64,000 bases of DNA from Schizosaccharomyces osmophilus (Eukaryota), in the NCBI RefSeq assembly GCF_027921745.1, contig NC_079238.1, positions 2,728,001 through 2,792,000 on the forward strand, given 5' to 3'. The position numbers and the translations under genes are program-made. A model generated the notes under the pieces. That model had not been told where the DNA came from and did not search any database. It saw only the letters and a program-made list of their open reading frames with translations. This document shows, in pieces, positions 1 through 12,302 of this stretch (positions within the stretch are counted from its first letter, which is position 1; each line of letters begins with the position of its first letter).

Positions 1-929
1 AAATCTTTAGCAGAGGGCCAGTAGTGCAGTTTGTCTTTGACATCCAAGAGAGGATTTCCAAGTATTTCACAAATTCTATTTAACTGATCTGTCTCATTTC
101 TTCCAGGGAATAGAGGCTTTAAGGTAAAAACTTCAAAAGTGATACAACCGAAAGCATACATATCAACTGCTTTACCATAATCTTTTGCTCTAAGCAAAAG
201 CTCTGGCGCACGATACCAACGAGTTGATACATACTCAGTAAGTGGATCATTTGAAGTAGAAGATCGGGCTAATCCAAAGTCTGCAATTTTGACACTATAC
301 CTAGAAAATACTGGTCGGTCTGTGAGCTTCTTGACCAAAATGTTTTCAGGCTTCACGTCTCTGTGCATAAACCCATGAGTATGTATATGTTCAATTCCTC
401 GAATGATCTGATTTAGAATATGACAAGCCGTATACTTGGTAAATGGCTTTCCTTGTCTTCGCTTCAAAATTTGATATAGGTTGGCTTCCATACATTCCAT
501 TACTAAATAAATGTTTTTGTTGGGGTCCATAAAAGTTTCCAACAAGTCGATCAAACCTGGATGTTTCGATATTTGTTGAAGTACCTATAGTCATTAGTAA
601 CAATTTTTTTTTTTTTTTTTTTTGAAATGCTATAAATAATTTAAAAAATTTGAACAATCTTACCAATGACTCTCGAAGCTTCAGTAGCTCTTGCTTTGGT
701 TTTGGTTTACTGCTAGTCTTTAACTTCTTGACAGCCACCTAGAAGATGTTAGTTAAATCAATTGACCCTTTTTTTGCCATACTGCTTGCTCATGGCCTTG
801 CTTTCCTTTGCGCTTTGCCAAATACACAGTACCAAAGCTGCCATCTCCTAGCTTATGCTTCACATAATACCGATCTTCAAAACGGAATTCCTTCAAATCT
901 AAGGCTGCAAAAGGAATCTCTTTGGTCAT
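1..929 (-). CDS. mde3: Ime2/Mak-family Ser/Thr kinase Mde3 (3' end runs off window); introns 739-782 and 585-663
   Basis: Spliced translation gives MTKEIPF...LGDGSFGTVYLA|VAVKKLK...HRDVKPEN...DFGLAR...TEYVSTRWYRAPE; both introns have GTA donors, CTAAC/CTAAT branch sites and TAG acceptors. Confidence 0.9.
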
Positions 930-996
930 ATCCTAGTTTGAAAGAAAAGGAAGCTGGTTTGCTATGGTTAAGAGTCCTTTTCCTATATGTTTATTT

Positions 997-1007
997 TGTT
1001 TGTTTAC
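997..1007 (-). promoter_or_regulatory. FLEX element (GTAAACAAACA; Mei4 forkhead site) upstream of mde3
   Basis: + strand TGTTTGTTTAC about 70 bp upstream of the mde3 ATG; mde3 is an established Mei4-dependent gene in S. pombe. Confidence 0.8.
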
Positions 1008-1335
1008 ATTTTCGCAACTTCCTACTAACGAATCCAACGATTTCATTTGTTAGGGTTATAAAAAAGAAAAACATAGAAGTAATATTAAAAGCTTTAAATT
1101 ACTTTTGTATTTGTCAATTCATCAGAAGAAACATTTAAGTCTAACACTCAGAATAAGCGGTCTTTGTACTATATTTTTTAACTATAACTCTTTTTAGAAT
1201 TGCCTTTTAAGTTCTAATAAGTCTTCTATGTATACCGTATATGAAAGAAAGAATCTATTACTGCTAATAAAACTTCGCTACATAACTCTTCCTTTACCAC
1301 AACCCGAGCAAGGAAAATTGGGATAAAACGACAAT

Positions 1336-2637
1336 ATGAGTCTTCAAAATTATAAGGTTGCTGATATTTCTCTCGCTGCCTTTGGCCGCAAGGAACTTGA
1401 AATTGCTGAAAATGAGATGCCTGGTTTGATGGCTATTCGCGAAAAGGACGCTCAATCCCAGCCTTTGAAGGGAGCGAGAATTGCTGGATGTCTTCACATG
1501 ACTATCCAAACTGCCGTCCTTATTGAGACTTTGGTTGCTTTGGGCGCTGAAGTTACCTGGTCTTCTTGTAACATTTATTCTACTCAAGATCACGCCGCTG
1601 CTGCCATTGCTGCTACTGGTGTCCCCGTCTTTGCTTGGAAAGGTGAAACTGAAGAGGAATACATTTGGTGTATTGAACAACAATTAAAGTCTTTCCCCAG
1701 TGGACAACCTTTGAACATGATTTTGGATGATGGTGGTGACTTGACTGCTCTTGTTCATGAGCGTCATCCTGAACTTCTTGTTAATATTCGCGGTATTTCT
1801 GAGGAAACTACTACTGGTGTTCACCACTTGTACCAGATGTTCCACGAGAACAAACTTAAGGTTCCTGCCATCAATGTCAACGACTCCGTCACTAAGTCTA
1901 AGTTTGATAACCTCTTTGGTTGCAAGGAATCTTTAGTTGATGGTATTAAGCGTGCCACTGATGTAATGATTGCCGGAAAGGTTGGTGTTGTTGCCGGATT
2001 CGGTGATGTTGGTAAGGGTTGTGCCACTTCTCTTCGCAATCAAGGTGCTCGTGTTATCGTCACCGAGGTTGATCCCATTAATGCTCTCCAAGCTGCCATG
2101 GATGGTTTTGAAGTTACCACTATGGAAGAGGCTGTCAAGGAAGGTCAAATTTTCGTCACTACCACTGGTTGCCGTGACATTATCCTTGGTGAACATTTCA
2201 TGGCTATGCGCGAAGACTCTATTGTTTGCAACATTGGTCACTTTGACGTCGAAATTGATGTTGCCTGGTTGAAGGAGAATGCTAAGGATTGTGTCAACAT
2301 TAAGCCTCAAGTTGACCGTTATGAATTGAGCAATGGACGCCATATTATCCTTTTGGCTGATGGTCGTCTTGTCAACCTTGGTTGCGCTACTGGACATCCC
2401 TCTTTTGTCATGTCTTGCTCTTTCGCTAACCAAGTCCTTGCTCAAATTGCTTTGTGGACCGACAATCAAAGCTACCCTCTTGGAGTGCACATGCTTCCCA
2501 AGAAATTGGATGAGGAAGTCGCTCGTTTGCACTTGGGTAAGCTTAATGTTAAGCTTACTGAACTTACTCCCGTCCAATCTAAATATTTGGGTATTGCATC
2601 TGAAGGTCCTTACAAGGCCAACCACTACCGTTATTAA
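1336..2637 (+). CDS. sah1: S-adenosylhomocysteine hydrolase
   Basis: 433 aa; [57 protein letters not shown]; strong codon bias. Confidence 0.98.
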   Translation: MSLQNYKVADISLAAFGRKELEIAENEMPGLMAIREKDAQSQPLKGARIAGCLHMTIQTAVLIETLVALGAEVTWSSCNIYSTQDHAAAAIAATGVPVFAWKGETEEEYIWCIEQQLKSFPSGQPLNMILDDGGDLTALVHERHPELLVNIRGISEETTTGVHHLYQMFHENKLKVPAINVNDSVTKSKFDNLFGCKESLVDGIKRATDVMIAGKVGVVAGFGDVGKGCATSLRNQGARVIVTEVDPINALQAAMDGFEVTTMEEAVKEGQIFVTTTGCRDIILGEHFMAMREDSIVCNIGHFDVEIDVAWLKENAKDCVNIKPQVDRYELSNGRHIILLADGRLVNLGCATGHPSFVMSCSFANQVLAQIALWTDNQSYPLGVHMLPKKLDEEVARLHLGKLNVKLTELTPVQSKYLGIASEGPYKANHYRY

Positions 2638-2986
2638 TTTCCTTAATTAATTTTGCATATGGCTTTTTGCACACTTTCATTTATAAGATTTCAACATACT
2701 CCGTTGTTTGATGTTTTCAACAGCATCATGCCACAACGATACCATGAAATATAATAATGATATTCAATTGGGTACACGTGGATTAGGTAAATAGATAATG
2801 AAACGGTTTAGACTCCTAATAAAGAAGTGAAGATGTGTACGTGTAATTATAAATGATTCATGTATCTTGAGTTAAAATGTAATATAGATTTTGAAGACTA
2901 GTTCACTCCTTCTAAGATACAAAGAAAAAAATAATAAGACAGATGTCTATAAAAAAAAGTTCCTATTTCACGCACTTCATAACGAG

Positions 2987-3979
2987 TTAGTTATAGGGCT
3001 TCTTCTTATTGGGATTATAAGGTCTTCGTTGCTTAACATAAGTACTAGAAATTAAGTTAGTTAATCGATCATTTCAACACAAATGTAAAATAACGGTGAC
3101 TTACTCAAAAAAGCGCTCGCAAGATGCCGCATTCTCGCAATTGCTGAGCACCAAGAAATCTCCTTCTTGATAATTCAAATTAACAGCAGAGTCAGTATAG
3201 GAGTTTAGTACTTTAGGAGAAACAAGTGCCACATTTTCCATAATGGTTGGATGAATTTCTAACAGATGAGACAACGCAGATCTTTCGGCTAATTCCGGTT
3301 CCGATTTATACATTTTAAATAGGGGCTCATTCCAAGAATCAAGTAAAAATGGCGCGAAGTCATCGTTTTTGAGAAGAAAAGAACGAATGCTAATTCCATT
3401 ATAATCATTTGTTGTAATAAGTTTAATTTCTTCAAGATCCATTTTGTTGCGTGTACGAATATGAGGTTTTAATGGATCAACGGGAAAATTGCGCAAAAAG
3501 CTATTACTAAGTTGTTCAGGATTCATTATAGCCTCTTTAAGTGATTCTCCTGTATTCATAATGACGGCCCTTGGATCTAATACCCAAATCCAAGAAGCTT
3601 CAGGATGCTCGTATAACGTTTCCCTGATAGCAGTGACAAGGCTCCATGTGTTTTGTGTACCATATTTGCGTTCAATGTCACGATCTTTCTTGTGTACGAG
3701 CTGATAGCCATGACGCTGAGCATACTCTTTTCTGTCCAAAAGGAGCTTTTCGAGGAATTTGGGATTATCCGAAATTTGATCGTTGCTTAAAACAAGCATC
3801 AAGATAGAATTGGGATCCTTCCGGATTGTATTTTTGGATTGAATAGGTTGTTGAAAACCATTTCGTTTGGAAGTAGTATATGTCAGTGATTTGAAGGAAT
3901 ATAGGCAAAAAAGCAGCAAAACCACGACAAAGATGCTCAGATATTTAGCTCTTCGTGAAAGCAAACGACCCAAGTTCAT
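2987..3979 (-). CDS. gmh4: Golgi GT34-family alpha-1,2-galactosyltransferase-like protein; intron 3045-3104
   Basis: Type II N-terminal TM helix; YAQRHGY, WIWVLDPRAVIMN and ERSALSHLL motifs of the Mnn10/Gmh family; GTAAGT..CTAAC..TAG intron adds a last exon. Paralogue name from recalled synteny. Confidence 0.8.
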
Positions 3980-5311
3980 ATTGAAGAAGTGAAACTGCAA
4001 AGAATCGTAATATATAGTAGCTGACTTTGCAAGTAGGAGTTAGCTTTATATCAACAGCTTTTCGTCTAGCCCGGAAAAGTAAGAAATTGAGTAAAACAAG
4101 ATGCCGTGAATAAAAGAGTGTATAGGATGACAAGCTTCCGTATGAAGTTTGTTTAATAACAACAATACAGGGAAAAATGCTCGTAATACCTGGAAAATAT
4201 TTCAAACAGCAGAGATACGAATGTATCAATAGTAAATATAGGAATAGTATAAATGAATGCAAGGTAAATGTAGAAGAGCTAAAAATGTAGATGGGTTCAA
4301 TGGCGCACTGAACTATGTAAGCTGCCTTTACGGTACAAAGGCCAAAGATCTTTGGATTTTCCCGGAAGGCAAGTATACCTTTCCTGACAATCCAAAATTG
4401 ATGAAACAACTTTTCAAAGGAAAAGATGCTTCGTTTTTGGTGCTGTTTGCTTTCTGTTGAAAACAAAGTTAGTTGAAATCCAGGCACGCGAGTTCGAAGT
4501 CATCCTTCTTTCTTCTTTGCACTTCCCTGTTATGTTTAAGTAGGCCACAGAATACTGTATTGTACGATACGCTCGAGTTCTATAATTTGACTTAACGCGA
4601 TTGCCTGCTCTTGTTTGGTGCTGGGTTCACTACAGTACATTAGTAAATAAACCACGCAAGATTTCAATTCTGTAGTACTTTGAGGAGACATCAGTGATGA
4701 ATTAATTTATTATAAAAAGATCAAAACCAATTAATTTAGAGAGCCTGCTATTTTTCTGGCACAGTTTCTTCATGCGCTTTTTTCTCTTTCTAGTTGGGTG
4801 AAGAGAAGGTGCCATAATGCTCTTGTAAAGGTCTGCTGAACTATACATGTTTTTCAGTTGTTTTTTTGCAATGGACATATTTTCTTACATTTTTAACGTT
4901 CCTGTGATTTGATGGATAATGAAAGCTTGTTTCTACATTGATTTTCTTTTCAACATGATTAAAGCATTGATTCTTAAACGGTGTTTTGATTGAAAATGTC
5001 TTACAAAGGCTTCAACTTAAATAATTTCTAAGGATTGGACTTGGGCTTTATGGCCGTTTTTCCCTCTAGTCAACCACGAAATTTTTCGTTTACTCATTCA
5101 CTGGCCATTTGTACTCGAGTAGAGTCTTTTCCTTTTCATCTATCAACGGATTAGTAGAAAACCATATGGTTAACATATAAAAACTATTTTAAAAACTGCT
5201 CTATTCAACCATCGTTGGCTTTTCATTATTTATTCTCTTTTCTTGCGTGAAGTAAATTTCTGAAATTTCAATTCTCGTTACCAAATCTTTCAGTTCACTT
5301 TATTATACATT

Positions 5312-6278
5312 ATGGAATCTTCAAGACGATATACTGTATCTGTAGCTGTTCCTGTGTCTTGCTTAAATGAGGCTGGCAATCTGCAATTGAAAAGTGCCCT
5401 TGTTTATCAGGTAAGGTTTAAAAGCACAGAATGCAGAAAGCGTAAGAAGCACTAAATTAACATATTTTTAGATTGCAAGACTGGCTATTGTGTACGAAAT
5501 CGATGAGATTATCTTAGTTGCTGATCCGGAGAGTGTACAACAGACGCAAAATGCTACTGCTTCCTCTGATTGCTATATACGGGATCCCTTAAAATTCTTT
5601 TCTGATATTCTTGGTTATATGGAAACTCCTACCTTTATGCGTAAAACTCTATTTCCTTTACTTCCTCATCTAAAATATATGGGATTGTTCCCTGTAATTC
5701 AGCTCCGCAACGATTCTAGTCAAGTACTCGATAAAAATTTTCCCTACAAAGAAGGTTATGTTCTTAACCAGTTTCCTCGCTCCAAAAACAAATACCTTGT
5801 TCATGCTGGGTTTGAGCATCCCGTTCAAGTTACTTCTACACAACCTCTTTCAGCCAAAGACAGACTCACCATTCGGATGAAGCCACAAGCTCCAAATGCC
5901 GAAGGATATTTGCAAGGCGACATAGTCTCTTGTACAGCTCCTCGTGAAAAAGGAGGAAGGTATTGGGGATTTCAAATTCGCCATTCCAGTTCGCTAAGCG
6001 ATCTTCTCAAAGGACCTTACAAGGGTGGCTATGATTTAAAGGTACAAATAAATAATTCCACCCATGTTTCTCCTGCGGATTTATCAAACAACTTAGAATC
6101 CTCTTTCCGTCACGTATTACTGTTGTTTGGAAATGCTTATGAAGACCAACGAGTTGATGACTTACACACCATCAATCCATTTCCATTTGTGCTTCCTATT
6201 CAACCAAGGTTAGAGGAAAATTTTTTGGCCGCCATGGCTCCTCTCTCTAGCGTTTTGAAATGTCATGGACGACACTAG
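5312..6278 (+). CDS. DUF171/SPOUT1-like RNA methyltransferase; intron 5411-5471
   Basis: Exon 1 MESSRRYTVSVAVP...VYQ splices to IARLAIVYEIDEII; YMETPTFMRK..FP..LKYMGL, YKEG and G.YWGF motifs of the SPOUT1/YGR283C family. Confidence 0.8.
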
Positions 6279-6445
6279 AAACCTTAGCGATTCACTTCTT
6301 TTCTTATAAATTTTGACTGGACGTTTATGTAAAATATTCTTAGGCTTTATATGGAATTAGAAAGAAAATATTATTAGAGATATTAGGTTTTCAAATAGTG
6401 CAGAATGCCAAAAGATGAATTTATGAAAAGCATAACCAAGGAACG

Positions 6446-7605
6446 TTAAGGACCAGCCAAAGTTGAGTTTCCTGACCTCTTCTCAATCAAGTTCTTAATG
6501 AAAAATTCGCCAGCCTTATAGCTACTGCGTACAAGGGGTCCACTGGCTACATACAAGAAACCGAGCTTTTCAGCGACCTCCTGCCAATACTCAAACTTCT
6601 TAGGGTGGACGTATTCCTGAACCTTTAAGTGACGCTTCGTTGGTCTCATGTATTGACCAAAAGTCACAACGTCAACACCATGGGTTCTCAAATCCTTTAA
6701 TGTTCGCAAGACTTCCTCATCGGTTTCGCCAAGTCCCAGCATGACACTTGTTTTAGTAATTAGATGAGGGACCGATTTCTTAGCTTGCTCCAAAACACTT
6801 AAGCTTTGACGGTAAGTAGCTCTACGATCACGAACATAACGAGTCAAATCCTCCACAGTTTCCACATTATGTGCGAAAACATCGAGACCAGACTTGGCGA
6901 CAACATCTACAAGATCCAACCGTCCACTAAAATCTGGTGTAAGTGCCTCTACAAGAATATGAGGGGCCTTTTGTTTGATACTATCAATGGTTTTGGCGAT
7001 ATGATTGGCACCTAAATCTGCCAGATCGTCTCGATCAACACTGGTGAGTACAACATAACCCAAATTCCAGCGGTTGATGGCGTCGGCTGTTTTTTCAGGC
7101 TCATTGGGATCTAAAGGAGGAGGGCGACGACTAGTTTTGACAGAACAAAATCTGCAACCACGAGTGCAAGTATCACCCATAAGCATGATTGTTGCAGTAG
7201 CTTGACTCTTGTCCTTCCCTCCCCAGCATTCTCCAATATTTGGACACTTTGCCTCTTCACAAACCGTATGCAAATTCAAACCACGTAAATCATTTTTGAT
7301 TTTAGTAAAATTGGACCCAAGTGGAACCTTCGTTTTCAACCAAGAAGGAAGACGCTTATGAACTGTACCATTAGGAAGCTCTACCTTTCTATCTAACTCA
7401 AAGGCTTCTTCCCCACTAAGAGGCTTTTCCGAATTTATAAAGTCACCAAAGCTTGGTCCCTTAGCTAAACGTTCTGAGAACTTGTCTGAGTAAAAGCGAA
7501 CTACTGCACTCTTCAAAATTGTTAATTGTATATTTTTTAATGGCTTTTACTTACTTGGAACAGTAATCGCTCTGACTTTAGCAAATTTTTAGATACTCTC
7601 AACAT
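6446..7605 (-). CDS. lip5: Mitochondrial lipoyl synthase (radical SAM); intron 7511-7554
   Basis: [20 protein letters not shown] and RSSY motifs; a 17-codon presequence exon (MLRVSKNLL...) splices in frame. Confidence 0.96.
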
Positions 7606-8792
7606 TTTGGTAGAGAGTTGCTATTGTCAAACTAGAGTGGCCCTGATTCGAAGCAGCCCTTACCAAAAAAATGAATGACACATTTTGAGAGATGTAAATC
7701 AAAAAAAAAAACCAACAATTGATTGAAATTTTTTTTCAAGAATGGTGATACAGACCTTGTTTGCTGCATTCTTAAGAGACATGTTTTATTGAGGTATTCA
7801 GGACTACGATAAATGAAGAGCAATTGTAAAAGAACTAAAAGGCTATGAGATTGATGCGATTATCCAAGTCTTCTCTTCAGCTTTGATTGCAATGTTATTC
7901 CGTTCAGAAGGGTCAAAGGGTCAAAGTCTATTTCGCAAACTTGGTCTTTATCTTTGCCTTTGAATACATATCAAAGTACTAAGGAAAACAAGAGTTGCTG
8001 AGGACTTGGCTTTGCTACATTGACAGTATAATGGATTTGCATAAGGTCTCAACATGATTGATTAAAGCTCACAATAGATTTAGTGCTAGCTGACCTTAAT
8101 GTGGTGAGATATTATCACGAAGGACACTTCTCTGTTACAAGTTGAGCATGCGTTCCTCGATTTTCTTTTATTTGCTTCCCGTTTCGTTTCGCTCACAGAA
8201 GCGGTCCACCAACACAAGATTTCATATATTTAATCTTTGTTTTGATTACAAGCATGAATGATGATCTTCGTTAGTTCTTTGAATCGCTTACAGGTTGAGT
8301 AAAACTTCATGAGAAAACCAGACCTACCTTCCCTCATTCATTGATTCATCTTCAATCAATATTTAGTGTGAACCGAATACTTTACGTATTGAAGACTAAT
8401 GCATGGCAGCACAAGAATTGAAGAGATCGAAGGCTATGATCCTTACAAATTAAAACTCAGCTATAGCAAGCCAATGAAAGTGAGAAAGTTTAACTTGATA
8501 CTATCATTCAGAGTTTCCATAAAACACATTCAGTAAACAGTGTAGACAAATTGATGCACACTAGAGTGTTTACTACCATCCAGAAGTGTTTAGCCCAAAA
8601 AGCGAATTTCTTTTTCTTTCTGCATATGTCATATATTACGCTTTTACTTTTGTTATTCCTGTAAAGTACGAAATAGAAGTACCAATTCTGTCTAAATCAT
8701 TCAGCCCAAGAAGACAGCCACCACCAGCTTTCCACACATCACAGGGTTTTCTAGACGACATTGAGTAAAACGTAGTCTACCAGGATTTATTC

Positions 8793-9778
8793 ATGTCATT
8801 TCAGGATAGAACAACAGAATTTCAAGCATGCGTTGCAAATACCAGAGCTCGTATGAGGAATTCTTCATCAAATGCAACAACGAACAATGCGTTACAAGCA
8901 AAGCATCAAAAGAGCGAGTTTACAACAGTTGCAAAAAAGATAGCTTATAAAATCAATGAGACAGGAAAATATCTACAACGTTTATCCCAACGTATGCTCA
9001 TTTTAGAACTCCTGTTGTCGTAAGAATACTAACTGTTGGTTTAGTCGCTAAAAGGAAAACATTGTTTGATGATCGGCCAGTGGAAATTCAGGAATTGACA
9101 TATCACATTAAACAAAGTCTGTCATCTTTGAATTCAGATATTGCTTCTCTACAGCAGATTGTTCGTCAAACCTCAAAGGGATCCCGAAATAAGCCTGCTC
9201 AAATAAACCAACACAATGAAAACATTGTCGTCTCTCTCCAAAATTCCCTCGCTGATACCAGTATGAATTTTAAAGATATTTTAGAAGTTCGCACTCAAAA
9301 CATGAAAGCCTCCCAAAACCGAACAGAAAAGTTTGTTGCTTCTACTTCTCTAAATACAAACCCTCTGGCCAACAATAACACTACTGCATCACCTTTTAAT
9401 TATGATGAATCTGAGCCAAATGAAGATTACCTTGCGTTAAATTTAGGAGAAGGTGCAAATACCAGATACGAACAAATGGCATTGTTGGAAAATCAAACAG
9501 ACGTGTATTCTCAACAAAGAATGTCTTCCATTGAAAGCATTGAAAGTACAATTTCTGAGCTTGGTGGAATATTCTCCCAATTGGCTCAAATGGTGTCTGA
9601 ACAGCGTGAAACTGTTCAAAGAATTGATCTTTACACAGACGATATAGCGTCCAATATAGGAAGTGCTCAAAGAGAAATCCTGAAGTTTTACGATAAAGTA
9701 TCTTCAAACCGTGCGTTACTCTTTAAAGTCTTCGGCATACTAATTGTGTTTTTCCTTTTATGGGTACTTGTAACTTAA
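8793..9778 (+). CDS. sed5: cis-Golgi t-SNARE syntaxin 5; intron 8992-9044
   Basis: MSFQDRTTEF N-peptide; LAKRKTLFDDRPVEIQELT across the splice; SNARE motif IESTISELGGIFSQLAQMV; C-terminal TM helix. Confidence 0.95.
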
Positions 9779-9994
9779 TTTATGTTTTGCAGTTAGCTAC
9801 TCTCCTAATTTCTTTTTATTCGGATTATGATTTGATAGTTTACTATCGCTCTTTTACTCTTTTAACTTCTAGTTATTGATAATGAACTGCTGGTTCCTTT
9901 TACGTCGCAGCATCATTTTTTTCCATTTCCCGTAAATCCCTGGAATACCAGTCAATACATTCTCCTAATGTTGCTGTTTTGAATTTATATAAAC

Positions 9995-11526
9995 CTAATC
10001 CTCTCCATCATATGTTTCCATTTGTTGTATACTCTCTGTTTCCAAGTCCTCTAATTGCCATCCAATATCAGACTTTTTTGGCATATATTCCATAACCTGA
10101 TAAGTGAGAGCTTCTAGCACGTTGTCACTAAAACCTTGTTAGTATAAAGCTAATTTTTCTCTAATCTTCATTCACGTACTTTGCTGTTTGTATCCAATAA
10201 GCATAGTCATTAATAATCATGGTATTGTAGATGTAGTATACATCATGATGTTCAAATAAAGCTTTTATACAAAGTAAAACGCGCAAAATCCATCGCTTTC
10301 CTAAACTGACAATGGCATAAGTGTCCTTCCAGCAGGCTTCTGCTAAATTCCAATTTCGATACAAAGGATATGCCAAGGCTCGACGGAAACACGCACAGGC
10401 TACTTCGTGGATGGTAGAAAAATTTGTGTCAAGACATGCAACATTAGGAGCCATTATTCCGATATTCCAGCTAGATTCACTACTAGGATCACCTAAAGTT
10501 GTCCGATGATCATAAGCATATGCGAAAATCAGTGCCACCAGGTTAAGGTAAATCCGTTTTGGGTTTTCGATTATGTACGATTTTCTCGGAAGGGATAGTA
10601 AAGCTTGTTTTTCATTTTCCGTGAATTCAAAAGAAATTGGGTCTCCGGCTTTAGCACGGTTGGACAATTCGACATAACTAGGAGTGTACCCAATCAACTC
10701 ATCAATCATCTCATGATCATGAAAATCAGCTAAATAGTACTCTGGATCAAACTTTTCATCTTCCGTTTTTTTTCGAATTTCGCTCCTCTGTATCGGGTCC
10801 GTAATTTCTGGCTCTGGCAACACATTTATTTCATTTCCCTCCAAGTACTTAAGCAACCCGGTGTATTGATCGTTGAATCCATAATTTACTGTAGATGTAT
10901 ATTCCATCTATACATTATTAGCATAAACCGCTGGTAACCTTGAATAGTAAGCCGTTTCACCATACCTTTTTATCTTCCATTCTTTGAAGCAAACCCCAGT
11001 CAAAGTCGGGATCATCAAAGCGAACAGTTCTCCAGTCAATTTCTGGATCAACATCGTTTGCTTGTACATCTCCTTCGGTACTTGTCGCAGCTGGGATATC
11101 GCTTACTTCTTCAATCAATGCTTTTTTAGGTGCCTCTGGCTTTTCTTTGTTCGCAAGCAAAGTTGTTAATAAATCTAAATTAGGAAATTCTTCTCCAGAA
11201 TTCTCCTTTGGAAATTTTATATGTATCATTCCTTTTCCAATGTCATAGGAAGCATTGGCTCGTTCATCGTCTAATACATTCCCTGGAAGCTCTAGTCTTT
11301 GCTCTTGTTAATAAAAATCATTAAGAAAAGAATGAACTTACTTCAGAAAGTATGGAGCAATGCAAAAGTGGATCTCTGATCCCATAGCTTCAATTTCAGC
11401 ATTTTGAGCCTAAACGTGTCAGTTGTGATTTTTTCACGAAACCAACTTTACCTTTATATGGGGAGCTTGAATACTTAAATAAACAAAATCAGCATCCTGC
11501 CGCAATTCAAATTTTGGAGTAATCAT
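9995..11526 (-). CDS. shq1: H/ACA snoRNP assembly factor Shq1 (5 exons)
   Basis: MITPKFELRQD CS-domain start, PYFLKLELPG, FPNLDLLTTLL, YGFNDQYTG, KFDPEYYLAD, RRALAYPLYRNW; four GT-AG introns traced. Confidence 0.92.
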
Positions 11527-12302
11527 TGTTTAGGACAGGTATATGCAAAGACATGATAGCAACATTTATTTCTAATAGGTAATGGAATTAACTATATTAA
11601 TCATTTCTTCTTAATAATAAATATTTGAATAGAAGAGAAAAGCATTTTCTTTTTTCTAAATTCAATATTCCAGTCCAAGATGCAAGGCGAGGCTTTACAA
11701 GCTCACCTTACTAGCGGTTCATGAATAGGTTATATTAATCACAGTTCACTTTTTTTTTTCATTTATTAGTCACCAAATTTGAACGGAAAACATCGTTCTT
11801 TCGAGCTTCCGTACTCAAGAACTGTCAAAAGACATATGAATTAAATCTGCTCATTGAGGTCCTACCGCGTAGACATATTTTTAAAAGTAGTTTACAAGCT
11901 TATAGATTAAAAAACTGAAGCATCCCGATTTTTTGGTCAAGGCGTTTATCCTTTTTGAGTCTGCTCACATGTAAATAACGGGTACCTTCTTAATAGTGTT
12001 TCATTTTGTTTACTGAATATTAATTGTTAACTTTTTCATTGAACATAATGAAGCGAACTAATTTTACTAGATACTACTGAGTTTAGATGACCTTTCATTT
12101 CGTGTTGCGCAAATGTCAAGAAGAGAAAAGCTTTATAATTTCAAGTAACGCAAAATTTATAGACTTGGTTGTCGGTACAATGAGACCCTAAAATTACTCC
12201 TGTAACAAATGAATGAAACTACCTCCTCTCTCCAAGAACAGTTTTGCTTCGTTTTGTAAATTCGGCAATTGAGTGCCTACAATTATAAATAATTAAAGAA
12301 AT

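Noticed and set aside
1933..2625. 230-aa antisense ORF in sah1, and similar shadow ORFs in tom40, irs1 and the histones
   Set aside because: Expected by-product of strong codon bias on the coding strand; no recognisable motifs
3945..4487. ORFs of 180 aa and 67 aa upstream of gmh4
   Set aside because: Non-ATG start or short, with AT-driven composition and no domain
7909..7926. AGGGTCAA direct repeat in the lip5-sed5 intergenic region
   Set aside because: Two short copies, consistent with replication slippage; no supporting context
8258..8345. ATGATGA box C candidate
   Set aside because: No downstream CTGA box D or terminal stem at a suitable distance
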